Shown piece by piece: positions 28,102 through 36,995 of a stretch of 64,000 bases of DNA; position 1 is the first letter of the stretch, and each line of letters opens with the position of its first letter. The position numbers were made by a program, and so were the translations under genes. This DNA comes from an uncultured Candidatus Poseidoniales archaeon (GTDB taxonomy: Archaea; Thermoplasmatota; Poseidoniia; Poseidoniales; Thalassarchaeaceae). Below the pieces are notes generated by a model, which was not told the origin of the DNA, did not search any database, and saw nothing but the letters and a program-made list of their open reading frames with translations. The DNA lies in contig CACKMK010000003.1 of assembly GCA_902601345.1 (NCBI GenBank), positions 23,902 to 87,901 of the forward strand. The letters are read 5' to 3'.

Positions 28102-28178
28102 AGCTAACCGAATCAGTCAGAGGTATTGTCACTTTTGTTTTAGAGCAGGTTGAAGAGACAAGGACGATTGTAATCACC

Positions 28179-29690
28179 ATGGCGGAACAGGGGGAGAATA
28201 GGAGCATCCTAATCCCATTGCTCCTGCTATTCCTAGTGTATAACCTAGGTGCACCGATTTGGTTAGTAGCTCTTCTCGCAATTTGGTATTCGGGTTTGTT
28301 GTACGCGGAGTCGACAGGCCTCCTTGACAAGATGGATGCAACTAGAGCTCTAGGGATTATACTGATGATCAGAACTAGAAGAGGCATGCGGCTTCTGGAA
28401 TCAGTATCCAAACCCAGGAGATTCTGGAGGGGATTCGGAGAGGTCTCAATCTGGCTGTGCTTCTTTGTAATGTTCATGGTTGTACTGCTTCTTCTCCTTA
28501 GTGCAGTCGCGGCAGCCATAAGTCCTCCTGAGGAGTCAATTCCTGCAAGTGACCTACTGCTAATCCCAGGAGTTACCAGCTTCGTCCCACTATGGTGGCC
28601 AGCCTTGGCGCTCATAATTGCGATAGTGATTCACGAATATAGTCACGGAATCCAAGCAAGGGCCCATGGAATGAGGTTGAGGAGCTTCGGGCTGCTTCAA
28701 TTGGGACCTCTGCCCATCGGGGCCTTCGCAGAGCCCGAAGAGAAGGAGATGGAGAGGGCCCCCAGGAGAGACAGACTGAGGCTTTTCGCAGCGGGACCGT
28801 CGATCAACATCTTCGTGACATACGTGGTTTTAGTTCTCCTTTGTTCTGTTGCCAGTGGGATGGCGGCAGAAAACAAGGGCGTTCATGCAAGAGGAATTGT
28901 AGTCGGAGGAGGAGCAGAAGAAGCCGGCCTAATGCCATTTGAGACGATTACACACATCGGTGGTAACGAGATTTCTGATTACTCCGATTTCTCGGATGAG
29001 ATGGGCGGACTCTCCGCTGGGGAAGTTGCTCAACTAACCGTACTATCCAGGGATGATTCCACTGACAAGTGGTCAGAGAGGAGTATAACTGTCACTATGG
29101 GTGATCGCTACCAGTACTACATCGAAGACTGTGAGAAAGATAATGATTGCATTATTGAAGATAGAGTAGAACTACTGGAATTATTGGAAATTGAGCCTGG
29201 TGACGCTTTCCTAGGTGTTTCCGATCTTGTTTCATCAACAGCGGGAGTGGATGTTTATGCCAATATAATCAACGGGGAGTACTCAGCATCAGGTACGGCA
29301 ATACTCACTGTGATTCGGCCTCTTCTGATGCTGAATGTCCCAATTTCAAACGAAGGACAGACGATGATTCTCCAAGAAAGGGAGATGCTGGTTGCCGGAA
29401 GCGGAACCATGGGTTCGGTCCTCGGAACTGATGGGATGTTGATGCTGTTCGACTTCCTGTTCTGGCTTGTCTGGATCAACTTCCTGCTTGGTTTCGCAAA
29501 CCTGATTCCCATGATTCCCTTCGATGGTGGTCATCTTGTCAGAGATGGAATCCATTCGGTACTGAGAAAAATCAGTAGGTCTTCTCATCCGATACGGATT
29601 GAGAACATATCGAATAGAATCAGCAGCCTGAGTAGTATATTTATACTATTGATTCTGCTAATTCCGGTTATCATTCCGAGAATAATTTAG
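28179..29690 (+). CDS. site-2 protease family (M50) membrane metalloprotease with PDZ-like insert
   Basis: HEYSHG (HExxH) inside a TM segment, and the second motif NLIPMIPFDGGH. A soluble insert between them contains GIVVGGGAEEAGL, which is PDZ-like. Confidence 0.85.
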   Translation: MAEQGENRSILIPLLLLFLVYNLGAPIWLVALLAIWYSGLLYAESTGLLDKMDATRALGIILMIRTRRGMRLLESVSKPRRFWRGFGEVSIWLCFFVMFMVVLLLLLSAVAAAISPPEESIPASDLLLIPGVTSFVPLWWPALALIIAIVIHEYSHGIQARAHGMRLRSFGLLQLGPLPIGAFAEPEEKEMERAPRRDRLRLFAAGPSINIFVTYVVLVLLCSVASGMAAENKGVHARGIVVGGGAEEAGLMPFETITHIGGNEISDYSDFSDEMGGLSAGEVAQLTVLSRDDSTDKWSERSITVTMGDRYQYYIEDCEKDNDCIIEDRVELLELLEIEPGDAFLGVSDLVSSTAGVDVYANIINGEYSASGTAILTVIRPLLMLNVPISNEGQTMILQEREMLVAGSGTMGSVLGTDGMLMLFDFLFWLVWINFLLGFANLIPMIPFDGGHLVRDGIHSVLRKISRSSHPIRIENISNRISSLSSIFILLILLIPVIIPRII

Positions 29691-30386
29691 TTACTCTTCT
29701 TCGATCTGCCTTGGCTCGTGAACCTCTCGGAAGATTACTTTGGCGACTCCTACATTCTCCCTCAGAGTAGTGACCAAAGAGAACTTCGTGAATGCCCAGT
29801 TCTGATCGTAAGCCATCTCCTCCGGGAGAGTCATTGTGAGGTCGTCACCTTCGAATTCGATCTCGAAGTCGTCTCTTCCGGTGTTCATCTTCATCAGGGT
29901 CTGAACCTTCTCGTCCCTGTCCTCGACGACCTTAACAATCTGGTAGTTGTACCTCAGGGTGACCCCTGCTAATGGGTGGTTGTAATCTATCCTAGCCCTA
30001 CCAGCGCTCATGAACTGGAGAATTCCCTGTCTCCCACCAATCTCAACTGGAGCCCCTATTGCTAGCGTGTTCGGGTCTCTTACGCTCCTTAGGAGGACGT
30101 TCTGTGAGATAGTCTCAACCTTATTCTGGTCCCTATCCCCATAGGCCTCGGTTGGCTCGATATCGAAGTCGTAATCCTTTCCAGCCTCGGCTCCTGCTAG
30201 GTGAGCCTCGAAACCGGGGATAAGTCTGCCATCTCCGACGGTTGTAATCATTGGGGAGTACTCTCTGTTTTCGTCATGGATATCGTGTTCCTTGGCTACC
30301 TCCTCCCTCGTTGTCTCTATCAGGTTGTCATTGCTAGCATTGTACAAATCATAGTCTACATGAACGATTGAGCCATTATCCATCAT
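29691..30386 (-). CDS. FKBP-type peptidyl-prolyl cis-trans isomerase (long archaeal SlyD-like type)
   Basis: VHVDYDLY...LIETT, IPGFEAHLAGAEAGKDYDF, YGDRD and NHPLAG are typical FKBP/IF-domain features. Length is 231 aa. Confidence 0.85.
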   Translation of the reverse strand: MMDNGSIVHVDYDLYNASNDNLIETTREEVAKEHDIHDENREYSPMITTVGDGRLIPGFEAHLAGAEAGKDYDFDIEPTEAYGDRDQNKVETISQNVLLRSVRDPNTLAIGAPVEIGGRQGILQFMSAGRARIDYNHPLAGVTLRYNYQIVKVVEDRDEKVQTLMKMNTGRDDFEIEFEGDDLTMTLPEEMAYDQNWAFTKFSLVTTLRENVGVAKVIFREVHEPRQIEEE

Positions 30387-30453
30387 AGCACCTCAGGAGC
30401 CTCGCGACTGGCTCCCCCTTTTTCATTCAAACGGTAAGGGGCGATGAGTGCCT

Positions 30454-32823
30454 TTACCCGTCCTCGGATGGTTCAGTAACTGTTCTTGGGAGGGAAGCCA
30501 AGGCGCTCCCAGTGACCACCATTAGCCAACCCACCCAAACAAGATGGCTGCCCTGGAGGTGGTGTACGGTGACCCTGACCTCGCTGACATCATCAGTCTG
30601 GCCCAGTATCATCGATGACAAGAGCTCGTTTGACTGGAGTAGGTCCAGGATTACTATGGTGTCCCCTGTCGCCCTTGTCAGCCTATCCACCTCCGATCTG
30701 GCGGATACCATTCCGGAGGGAGAATCAAAGCGGAGCATTCCTGGCATGATAGTCCCGAGCAGTGAACCACCATCGCCCCTCGCCTCGATGACGACCCCAA
30801 CATAGCCGTCTCCTATTCGGTACCCGTAGCCTTGCTCATCTGCGGATAGGACCTCTACCCCTGTGAACACGAGCTCCATCCCCTGATGCTGTGTGGGAAC
30901 GTCTCTCTCAAGGGTGACGAAGTTGGATGGATCTGTCCTATCAACGAGAGTGGTGGTGAGGACATGCCCCACCAATAGGATCAGAATACCAGCATGGGCT
31001 ATATGGGTGCCCAGTAACCTCGCTCGAGCAGATCGAGTCGTTATGCCACCACGAATTATTTTGGGAATTGTCTTTCTCGAGCTCCTCCATAGCTTCAACA
31101 GCGTTGGTGGGATGGCCAGGGCCAGCCAGGTCAGGATGAACATGGAGACAGCGCCTCTAGAAACGCTATCCGTGATTGCTCCGTCCTGATTACCAGGCAG
31201 GTCCAGCCTCTCCGATAAAGCGGCTAGAACCACCGAGAGAACCAATGTCACCGAGAGCCCAATTGCGCCTGCTCTGCCGCTTACCCTGATGCCCCAAGCG
31301 TACAGTGCCAGCCCCACGGCCAGCAAGGACACTAGAGGGGCACCGTAGTACTCGTGCGCTTCGATGCTTGTGCCTTCTATCTCGACAGTCAGGAGAACCC
31401 AGGTTAGCAGCAGGAATACCACGGACAAGTACCATGGAAAGGACCGAGCCATGATGGCCCTCTTCTTGGGATCGACAATTGAGTCCGTTATCCCGGAGAA
31501 GTCGTCCTTCTGCTCATCGGGAATGACCCAGACTAAGAGGAAAGGCACGATTCCAGCCAGTGACTGATACCACTCGGAGATCCACGCCCATCCCGAGAAA
31601 AGCATCAGGAGGACGCCAAGGGAGACCCAATGGACGGGGGGTTCGTCCCGATCTCCGAAGATCAGCAGTGTCAAGATGGCCAGTCCGAAGAAGAGTACTG
31701 CAGTTGAGCCGATCCAGAGGCCGACAGCAGAGAAGTAGAATAGGAGGAAGACTGCTAGAGCCCGGTTCTTCTCAAACAGAGTCTGTGATCCCTTCGCGAG
31801 CACTGTGGCTCTCTGCTCCCTCAGGGCATGGACTAAAGAAAGACCAATAAGGGCAACAAATGAAGTCATGTAGGCCGTGATCTCGAATCCAACTGCGGTG
31901 AAATCGATGATCTCCAGGATTCGTACATATGGGTCCCTCGGGAGGGAATTCTCCCCATCACCCACGAAGGCATGGACAGAGGCCCAGACCCCGTTGGCCC
32001 TGGTGACTAGGGTGGCATGCATCACCAGAGCCCCGGTTACCATCCCGAGCGCGGGCGATAATGCGTATGGATTGGATGACTTCGGCCTGGCTCTTGAGTG
32101 TAATATAGCCAGAAGTGCAAGCCATGGGAGAAGTGATCCGGTTTCTACCGGGTCCCATGCCCAATAACCTCCCCAATCGAGAACCGTGTAAGCCCAGAGA
32201 CCACCAAGCCCTATGCCGATTGTTCCTGCTAGGAATGAGTATCTGGCCCATGGAATCATCGAGGCGTGGGTCTCATTCGAGGGCCTTGACCTGATCAGTC
32301 CGGACAGCGCAACGCTAGCCGTCGCAAGGCACAACGAGTAGTAGGCGAAGACCACCGGCGGGTGAATCACCATCAGATCTGTCTGTAACAAGGGACTGAT
32401 CTCCCCAGCAGAGCCTGGGATAGCAGGGGAGAAGGGGCGCAGGCCTGCGGAGATTGATAGTAGCAGTAATGTCCAGAAGTGCATGACCCTTATTGTGGTA
32501 ATATCAGTCGTTTTGTCCTTAGACATGAACCATGCGATTACGCTCATCATCATGGCCCACATAAGAAGAGGTCCGGACCTGCTTCCCCATACCGCTGAAA
32601 TGCGGTAGAAGAGAGGTAGTCCTTCGCCGACGTAACTCGAAACAAGGTCCAGCGACGTTGCTTCAAAAATGAATGATAGTGATAGAAGCAGAAAGGGAGA
32701 GGACTGGGTCCCCATTGCAGCCGTCCCCAAGAAAGGCTGTGAGCCAGACTCGGGGCGGATTACTAGGTAAAGGCTGACCAGCAGGGCTAGGAAGACCAGC
32801 GTGTACCCGAGAAAGGTTAGCAT
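30454..32823 (-). CDS. ccmF: cytochrome c-type biogenesis haem lyase, CcmF-like
   Basis: Trp-rich haem-handling motif [26 protein letters not shown] in a polytopic protein of 789 aa. The C-terminal ~200 aa are soluble-looking. No other ccm genes are in the window. Confidence 0.8.
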   Translation of the reverse strand: MLTFLGYTLVFLALLVSLYLVIRPESGSQPFLGTAAMGTQSSPFLLLSLSFIFEATSLDLVSSYVGEGLPLFYRISAVWGSRSGPLLMWAMMMSVIAWFMSKDKTTDITTIRVMHFWTLLLLSISAGLRPFSPAIPGSAGEISPLLQTDLMVIHPPVVFAYYSLCLATASVALSGLIRSRPSNETHASMIPWARYSFLAGTIGIGLGGLWAYTVLDWGGYWAWDPVETGSLLPWLALLAILHSRARPKSSNPYALSPALGMVTGALVMHATLVTRANGVWASVHAFVGDGENSLPRDPYVRILEIIDFTAVGFEITAYMTSFVALIGLSLVHALREQRATVLAKGSQTLFEKNRALAVFLLFYFSAVGLWIGSTAVLFFGLAILTLLIFGDRDEPPVHWVSLGVLLMLFSGWAWISEWYQSLAGIVPFLLVWVIPDEQKDDFSGITDSIVDPKKRAIMARSFPWYLSVVFLLLTWVLLTVEIEGTSIEAHEYYGAPLVSLLAVGLALYAWGIRVSGRAGAIGLSVTLVLSVVLAALSERLDLPGNQDGAITDSVSRGAVSMFILTWLALAIPPTLLKLWRSSRKTIPKIIRGGITTRSARARLLGTHIAHAGILILLVGHVLTTTLVDRTDPSNFVTLERDVPTQHQGMELVFTGVEVLSADEQGYGYRIGDGYVGVVIEARGDGGSLLGTIMPGMLRFDSPSGMVSARSEVDRLTRATGDTIVILDLLQSNELLSSMILGQTDDVSEVRVTVHHLQGSHLVWVGWLMVVTGSALASLPRTVTEPSEDG

Positions 32824-32826
32824 CGT

Positions 32827-34071
32827 TCACCATCCGTAGTACTTCGCCCTGCTGTATCCGAATGCTAGCATCGCTGGTACGATTCGCTTGAAGTACAACG
32901 TTGGTTTTCTAAGTAAAAGTCTGAGCCCGACCATCGCCTTACCGGTAATTCCCATTCCCGACATCTCATCCGGGAAGCATGTTGCCATAACGGACATCTC
33001 ATCATCTGATAGTTCGAAGAGGGCCGTCTTCCCCCTCAGAATTTTGCCATAAGGTGGGAACTCTGCCTTCCATAGTCTAGCGTACTCTGATAGCCTGTCC
33101 GAGGTGAGGTCCCCTTCTGAAATAGCGTTTGCAGCGGTATGTGCTGCGAAAACGGCTGATTTCAATGCCAGGTGGGAGCCACCCTCGAACAGGGGGGATG
33201 TGAATCCTGCAGCATCTCCCACTAGAATCAGCCCGTCATAGTGGGTCCGCTCGAAAGGCCCCGAGATTGGGATGGTCCCGCCGAATGCCGGGCTCCCCTT
33301 TTCTTTCCACGAGGGTAGTGACTGTTCAGATTCACTAAAATGTGTGTTTGAAATGAACTCGTCGAGAGCCTTTTTTGTCCTGGGCTTGTCCTCAGTTACG
33401 AGTCCGACGTTTGCCCTGCCATCACACTTGGGAATCATCCATAGGTACCCTTTCTCAGCATAGCTAGGCCAAATGTAGAAATCCAGATAACCATCAGTTG
33501 GTACTTCTAGAAGCTCGTACTGCATCCCTGCGACTACCTTGCCCTTTTGATTCAGAGGGGCCTCTCCATCGGGCTTGACCAATCGGGAGCAGACCGCTGC
33601 AACCCCTGAGGCATCAATTACTACCTTGGCCGTTATGGGGAATTGATCCCCCTTGCCATCGCAAACCCATCCTGAAAACGGTTCTCCTTCGGCTCTCTCC
33701 ATGGAAAGTAGTTTGTGTCCTAGGTTGAGCGTGGCGCCTGCTGAGACTGCCTCATCTGTTATCCACCTTTCAAAGAGGTGTTTCTCAAGAACGTACCCCT
33801 CCTCTGTAAGTCGCTTTTCGGTACCGTCAGGGAATATGACCCTGATTCCGTGCACCCTCTTGCTGATTACCTCCTCCGGGAGGGTAAGCTCTAGGTTCTG
33901 ACAAGCTATCTCGGAAATGCACTCTCCACAGTGGACCGGGGTTCCTATCTCAGCGTGATCCTCGATGATTATCGTTGACAGCCCCTTGCGTGAGCATTGC
34001 AGAGCGGCATTTCCTCCTCCGGGACCAGCCCCCACGACAAGAACATCACAGACCGTCATTTCGTCGCCCAT
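32827..34071 (-). CDS. geranylgeranyl reductase family FAD-dependent oxidoreductase
   Basis: Dinucleotide-binding VLVVGAGPGGGNAA, followed by GTPVHCGECIS and later GDAAGF. Typical of the archaeal GGR family. Confidence 0.85.
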   Translation of the reverse strand: MGDEMTVCDVLVVGAGPGGGNAALQCSRKGLSTIIIEDHAEIGTPVHCGECISEIACQNLELTLPEEVISKRVHGIRVIFPDGTEKRLTEEGYVLEKHLFERWITDEAVSAGATLNLGHKLLSMERAEGEPFSGWVCDGKGDQFPITAKVVIDASGVAAVCSRLVKPDGEAPLNQKGKVVAGMQYELLEVPTDGYLDFYIWPSYAEKGYLWMIPKCDGRANVGLVTEDKPRTKKALDEFISNTHFSESEQSLPSWKEKGSPAFGGTIPISGPFERTHYDGLILVGDAAGFTSPLFEGGSHLALKSAVFAAHTAANAISEGDLTSDRLSEYARLWKAEFPPYGKILRGKTALFELSDDEMSVMATCFPDEMSGMGITGKAMVGLRLLLRKPTLYFKRIVPAMLAFGYSRAKYYGW

Positions 34072-34089
34072 GTTGTAACGGTAAGGGCA

Positions 34090-34116
34090 CTATCAAAGAA
34101 ACCCTCGGTTTGATAG
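34090..34116. promoter_or_regulatory. perfect 8-bp inverted repeat CTATCAAA-N11-TTTGATAG in a divergent promoter region
   Basis: Read directly at 34090-34097 and 34109-34116. It lies in the 69-nt gap between the divergently transcribed geranylgeranyl reductase and ubiD genes. Confidence 0.4.
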
Positions 34117-34140
34117 CCTCCAAAACAGACAAACCTTCTC

Positions 34141-36030
34141 ATGCCAATAGCACTGCGTAATGGCGTGGGTTGGAGGAGTCTTGAGGAATTCATACTTGCT
34201 CTGGAACAGAGAGGCGAGCTGCTGAGGGTTAGCCATCCGGTCGATGTTGAGCTAGAAGCGGGTTGTATCGCAGACCTGTTGGTAAAGAGGAACGGCCCGG
34301 CGGTTATCTTCGATCAGCCCAAGTTGGGGGACGGAAGTATCAGCAGGTATCCCCTTGCCATGAACCTCTTCGGGACCCGTGATAGGACCAATCTCGCGCT
34401 GGGTGTCGTGGAGCCTAAGGAGATCGGTGAAATGATGACTGGGCTCATGAAGCCGGATATAGGGGGAATTTTGAGGAGGCCCTGGACAGGCCTTGGGTTG
34501 CTGAGACAAGGAATTTCAATGGCTCCTAGGAAGGTCTCGAGAGGGAAGTGTCAGCAGATAACGATGGATAATCCTGATGTGACTAGGCTCCCCATCCCAA
34601 CGAGTTGGCCCCAGGATGGCGGGCCCTTCATGACGCTCCCACTTGTTGTCACATCAGATCCAGAAACCGGAGTTCACAACCTAGGGATGTACAGAAGCCA
34701 GGTTTTCGGCCCTGATGAAGTCGGCCTTCACTGGCAGAAACACAAGCATGGTGCAGATCATGCTGAGGCATCAGACGATAGGATGCCAGTCGCGATTTGC
34801 CTTGGAGGCCCCCCTCAGGTAATCTTCAGCGCGATCTCCCCCCTCCCAGACAACCTCTCAGAGTATGAGTTTGCAGGACTTCTGAGCGGTAGAAGACTCA
34901 AGATCACAAAATGCCTGACCAATGATTTGTGGGTCCCAGCAGACTGCGATTTCGTAATTGAAGGGTACACACTGCCTTCAGAGAGAAGGATGGAGGGCCC
35001 ATTTGGTGACCACTTCGGTCATTATTCCCTAGAGGACGAGTACCCAGTAATGCACGTTACAGCAATCACTCACAGGAAGGACCCAACTATACCAATGACG
35101 ATAGTCGGTATACCCCCGATGGAGGATGGTTACCTGGGCGAGGCTATTGGTGATGCCCTGCTGCCAGTGCTGAAGTTCCAGCACAGGGATGTCATCGATA
35201 CTTTCCTGCCTCTCGAGACGGGTTTCCACAATCTCGCTGTCGTCTCCTCGAAGCAGAGGTTTCCACGTCAGGCGCGGAAGACTGCTCTTGGGCTTCTGGG
35301 AGCTGGTCAGATGATGTTCCTAAAAGTAATCATAGTTGTAGATGAGGATCATCAAGTCAAAGATCTCGAGAAGCTTCTTGACGCTCTCCACAACAAGGTC
35401 AACATTCCTGATGATATGGTCATACTGGAAGGAATGGTCGCTGACTCTCTGGCTCACACATCTCCCTGGGAGAATGTCCATGACAAGTTGATCATCGATG
35501 CGACCACACCATCAGAGGGGGATCCTATTTCTCGGCCAGAAGAGAGCAGTGTTAGTGAATCTCTGGCAATCTCAGCATCCGCAATCGAGGGCGTTGTCCA
35601 GGCTAGGATGTTACGACCTTCGATGATGGTGGTAACTACCGAAGTCGAAGGCAGCCCTAGTCCGGAGGAGAGTGTGGAAGAAACAAATAATCATCTGGCG
35701 CGGCTACAGAGGGAGAAAATTTCAGCAATCAGAGATTCTATCTGGAGCCTTAATGCTTCGAGGGAACTTAAGTGGCTGTTCATCACAGACTCGGATGCGG
35801 ACCTGGAACATGAAGATTGGAAGAGGAGGCTCCTTTGGCAGCTTTTCTGCAGATTTGATGTAGGCAGGGATCTTCACTTCGATGAAACTAGTATGAGAGT
35901 GGCTTGGGATGCCACGGTTCCAATACCGTCTGATGACGGTCCTCTTCCCGTTCGAAGATGGCCTGCTGTCACCCTCCATGATCCAGAGATGGTTAGGCGA
36001 GTTGATGCGTGGCTTTCCCAGAGGATTTGA
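34141..36030 (+). CDS. ubiD: UbiD-family (prenyl-FMN dependent) aromatic decarboxylase
   Basis: 629 aa with UbiD-like blocks: GPAVIFD, NLGMYR, QVFGPDEVGLHWQKHKHG and GPFGDHFGHY. It carries a ~130 aa C-terminal extension. Confidence 0.85.
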   Translation: MPIALRNGVGWRSLEEFILALEQRGELLRVSHPVDVELEAGCIADLLVKRNGPAVIFDQPKLGDGSISRYPLAMNLFGTRDRTNLALGVVEPKEIGEMMTGLMKPDIGGILRRPWTGLGLLRQGISMAPRKVSRGKCQQITMDNPDVTRLPIPTSWPQDGGPFMTLPLVVTSDPETGVHNLGMYRSQVFGPDEVGLHWQKHKHGADHAEASDDRMPVAICLGGPPQVIFSAISPLPDNLSEYEFAGLLSGRRLKITKCLTNDLWVPADCDFVIEGYTLPSERRMEGPFGDHFGHYSLEDEYPVMHVTAITHRKDPTIPMTIVGIPPMEDGYLGEAIGDALLPVLKFQHRDVIDTFLPLETGFHNLAVVSSKQRFPRQARKTALGLLGAGQMMFLKVIIVVDEDHQVKDLEKLLDALHNKVNIPDDMVILEGMVADSLAHTSPWENVHDKLIIDATTPSEGDPISRPEESSVSESLAISASAIEGVVQARMLRPSMMVVTTEVEGSPSPEESVEETNNHLARLQREKISAIRDSIWSLNASRELKWLFITDSDADLEHEDWKRRLLWQLFCRFDVGRDLHFDETSMRVAWDATVPIPSDDGPLPVRRWPAVTLHDPEMVRRVDAWLSQRI

Positions 36031-36031
36031 A

Positions 36032-36964
36032 ATGGGATATAAGGAAGTTCTGGAGTTCGTCAAGGTCGAACACACACTATTTTCACTTCCGTTCGTCTTA
36101 ATTGGTTTTGTACTTGCAGACAAAGAGTTCGGTAGCGAGATTTCAGATGGTTTTTGGATTATTATTGCTGCTGTTGGAGCGCGTGGGCTCGCAATGGTGC
36201 TTAATCGAATTATAGACAGGGATATCGACGCGGATAATCCAAGAACCGCATCAAGGCACCTTCCGTCGGGGACAATATCAGTACAATCGTCTTGGGTTCT
36301 CGCGGGATTGTTCTTTGGTATGCTACTCTTTTCCGCATGGAGGCTGAATGAAGTAGCGCTGAAGATGTCATGGCTACCTGTAGTTGCCTTTGTGATATAC
36401 CCATACACGAAGAGAGTTACGTGGTTGTGTCACTTTTGGATCGGGTTCTGCCTCGCTCTTGCACCAGCTGGTGCATGGGTTGCAATCGCTGCTGATCACC
36501 ATGGATGGGAGGCGATTTTCGGAACAGGACAAGAACAGTTGGAGTTTCTCTGGTTCCCAGAGGTGTTCTTCATTTCGCTTGGTGTAGCTCTTTGGATTAC
36601 TGCATTTGATGTTAATTACGCCCTAATGGACAAGGAAGTTGACAGAGAACAGGGGATCAAGTCATTCCCAGCAGCCTTCGGATCTATCGCGACCAGGAAT
36701 CTTAGCGTTTTTCTTACAATAGGATGGGTGATATGCTTCCTACTTGCGGGGATGCACGAATTCAGCGAATCGGGTAGATTTAGTTCGCCTGTTTGGATTT
36801 TATCCGCCATCACCATGGGCGGGGTAAACCTGTATGTTATGACTAAAGGGGCCGAGTCGTCCTCTGATTCATCACAACTTATGGGGGCGTATCAGAGTAC
36901 GCTATTCCTTTCTTCAATGCTAACTGGCTGGGCCCTTCTGGGGAGTATGATTTACGTAGGTTAA
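36032..36964 (+). CDS. ubiA: UbiA-family aromatic prenyltransferase
   Basis: MGYKEVLEFVKVEHTLFSLPF start, Asp-rich motif NRIIDRDIDADNPRT, and a second motif DVNYALMDKEVD. About 8-9 TM spans. The ATG at 36032 lies immediately after the ubiD stop. The 35909 start in the ORF track overlaps ubiD and is unlikely. Confidence 0.85.
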   Translation: MGYKEVLEFVKVEHTLFSLPFVLIGFVLADKEFGSEISDGFWIIIAAVGARGLAMVLNRIIDRDIDADNPRTASRHLPSGTISVQSSWVLAGLFFGMLLFSAWRLNEVALKMSWLPVVAFVIYPYTKRVTWLCHFWIGFCLALAPAGAWVAIAADHHGWEAIFGTGQEQLEFLWFPEVFFISLGVALWITAFDVNYALMDKEVDREQGIKSFPAAFGSIATRNLSVFLTIGWVICFLLAGMHEFSESGRFSSPVWILSAITMGGVNLYVMTKGAESSSDSSQLMGAYQSTLFLSSMLTGWALLGSMIYVG

Positions 36965-36995
36965 TCGCTGACAGGGGTAATAACGAGGGTTCAAG

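Noticed and set aside
28001-28615. 204-aa minus-strand ORF overlapping the start of the M50 protease gene
   Set aside because: It is antisense to a gene with clear HExxH/NxxPxxxxDG motifs. The composition is not protein-like and there is no motif.
35909-36031. Upstream start for ubiA proposed by the ORF track
   Set aside because: It would overlap 122 nt of ubiD. The ATG at 36032 directly follows the ubiD stop and gives a standard UbiA N-terminus.
35722-36408. 228-aa minus-strand ORF spanning the ubiD/ubiA junction
   Set aside because: It is antisense to two confidently recognised genes. No motifs.
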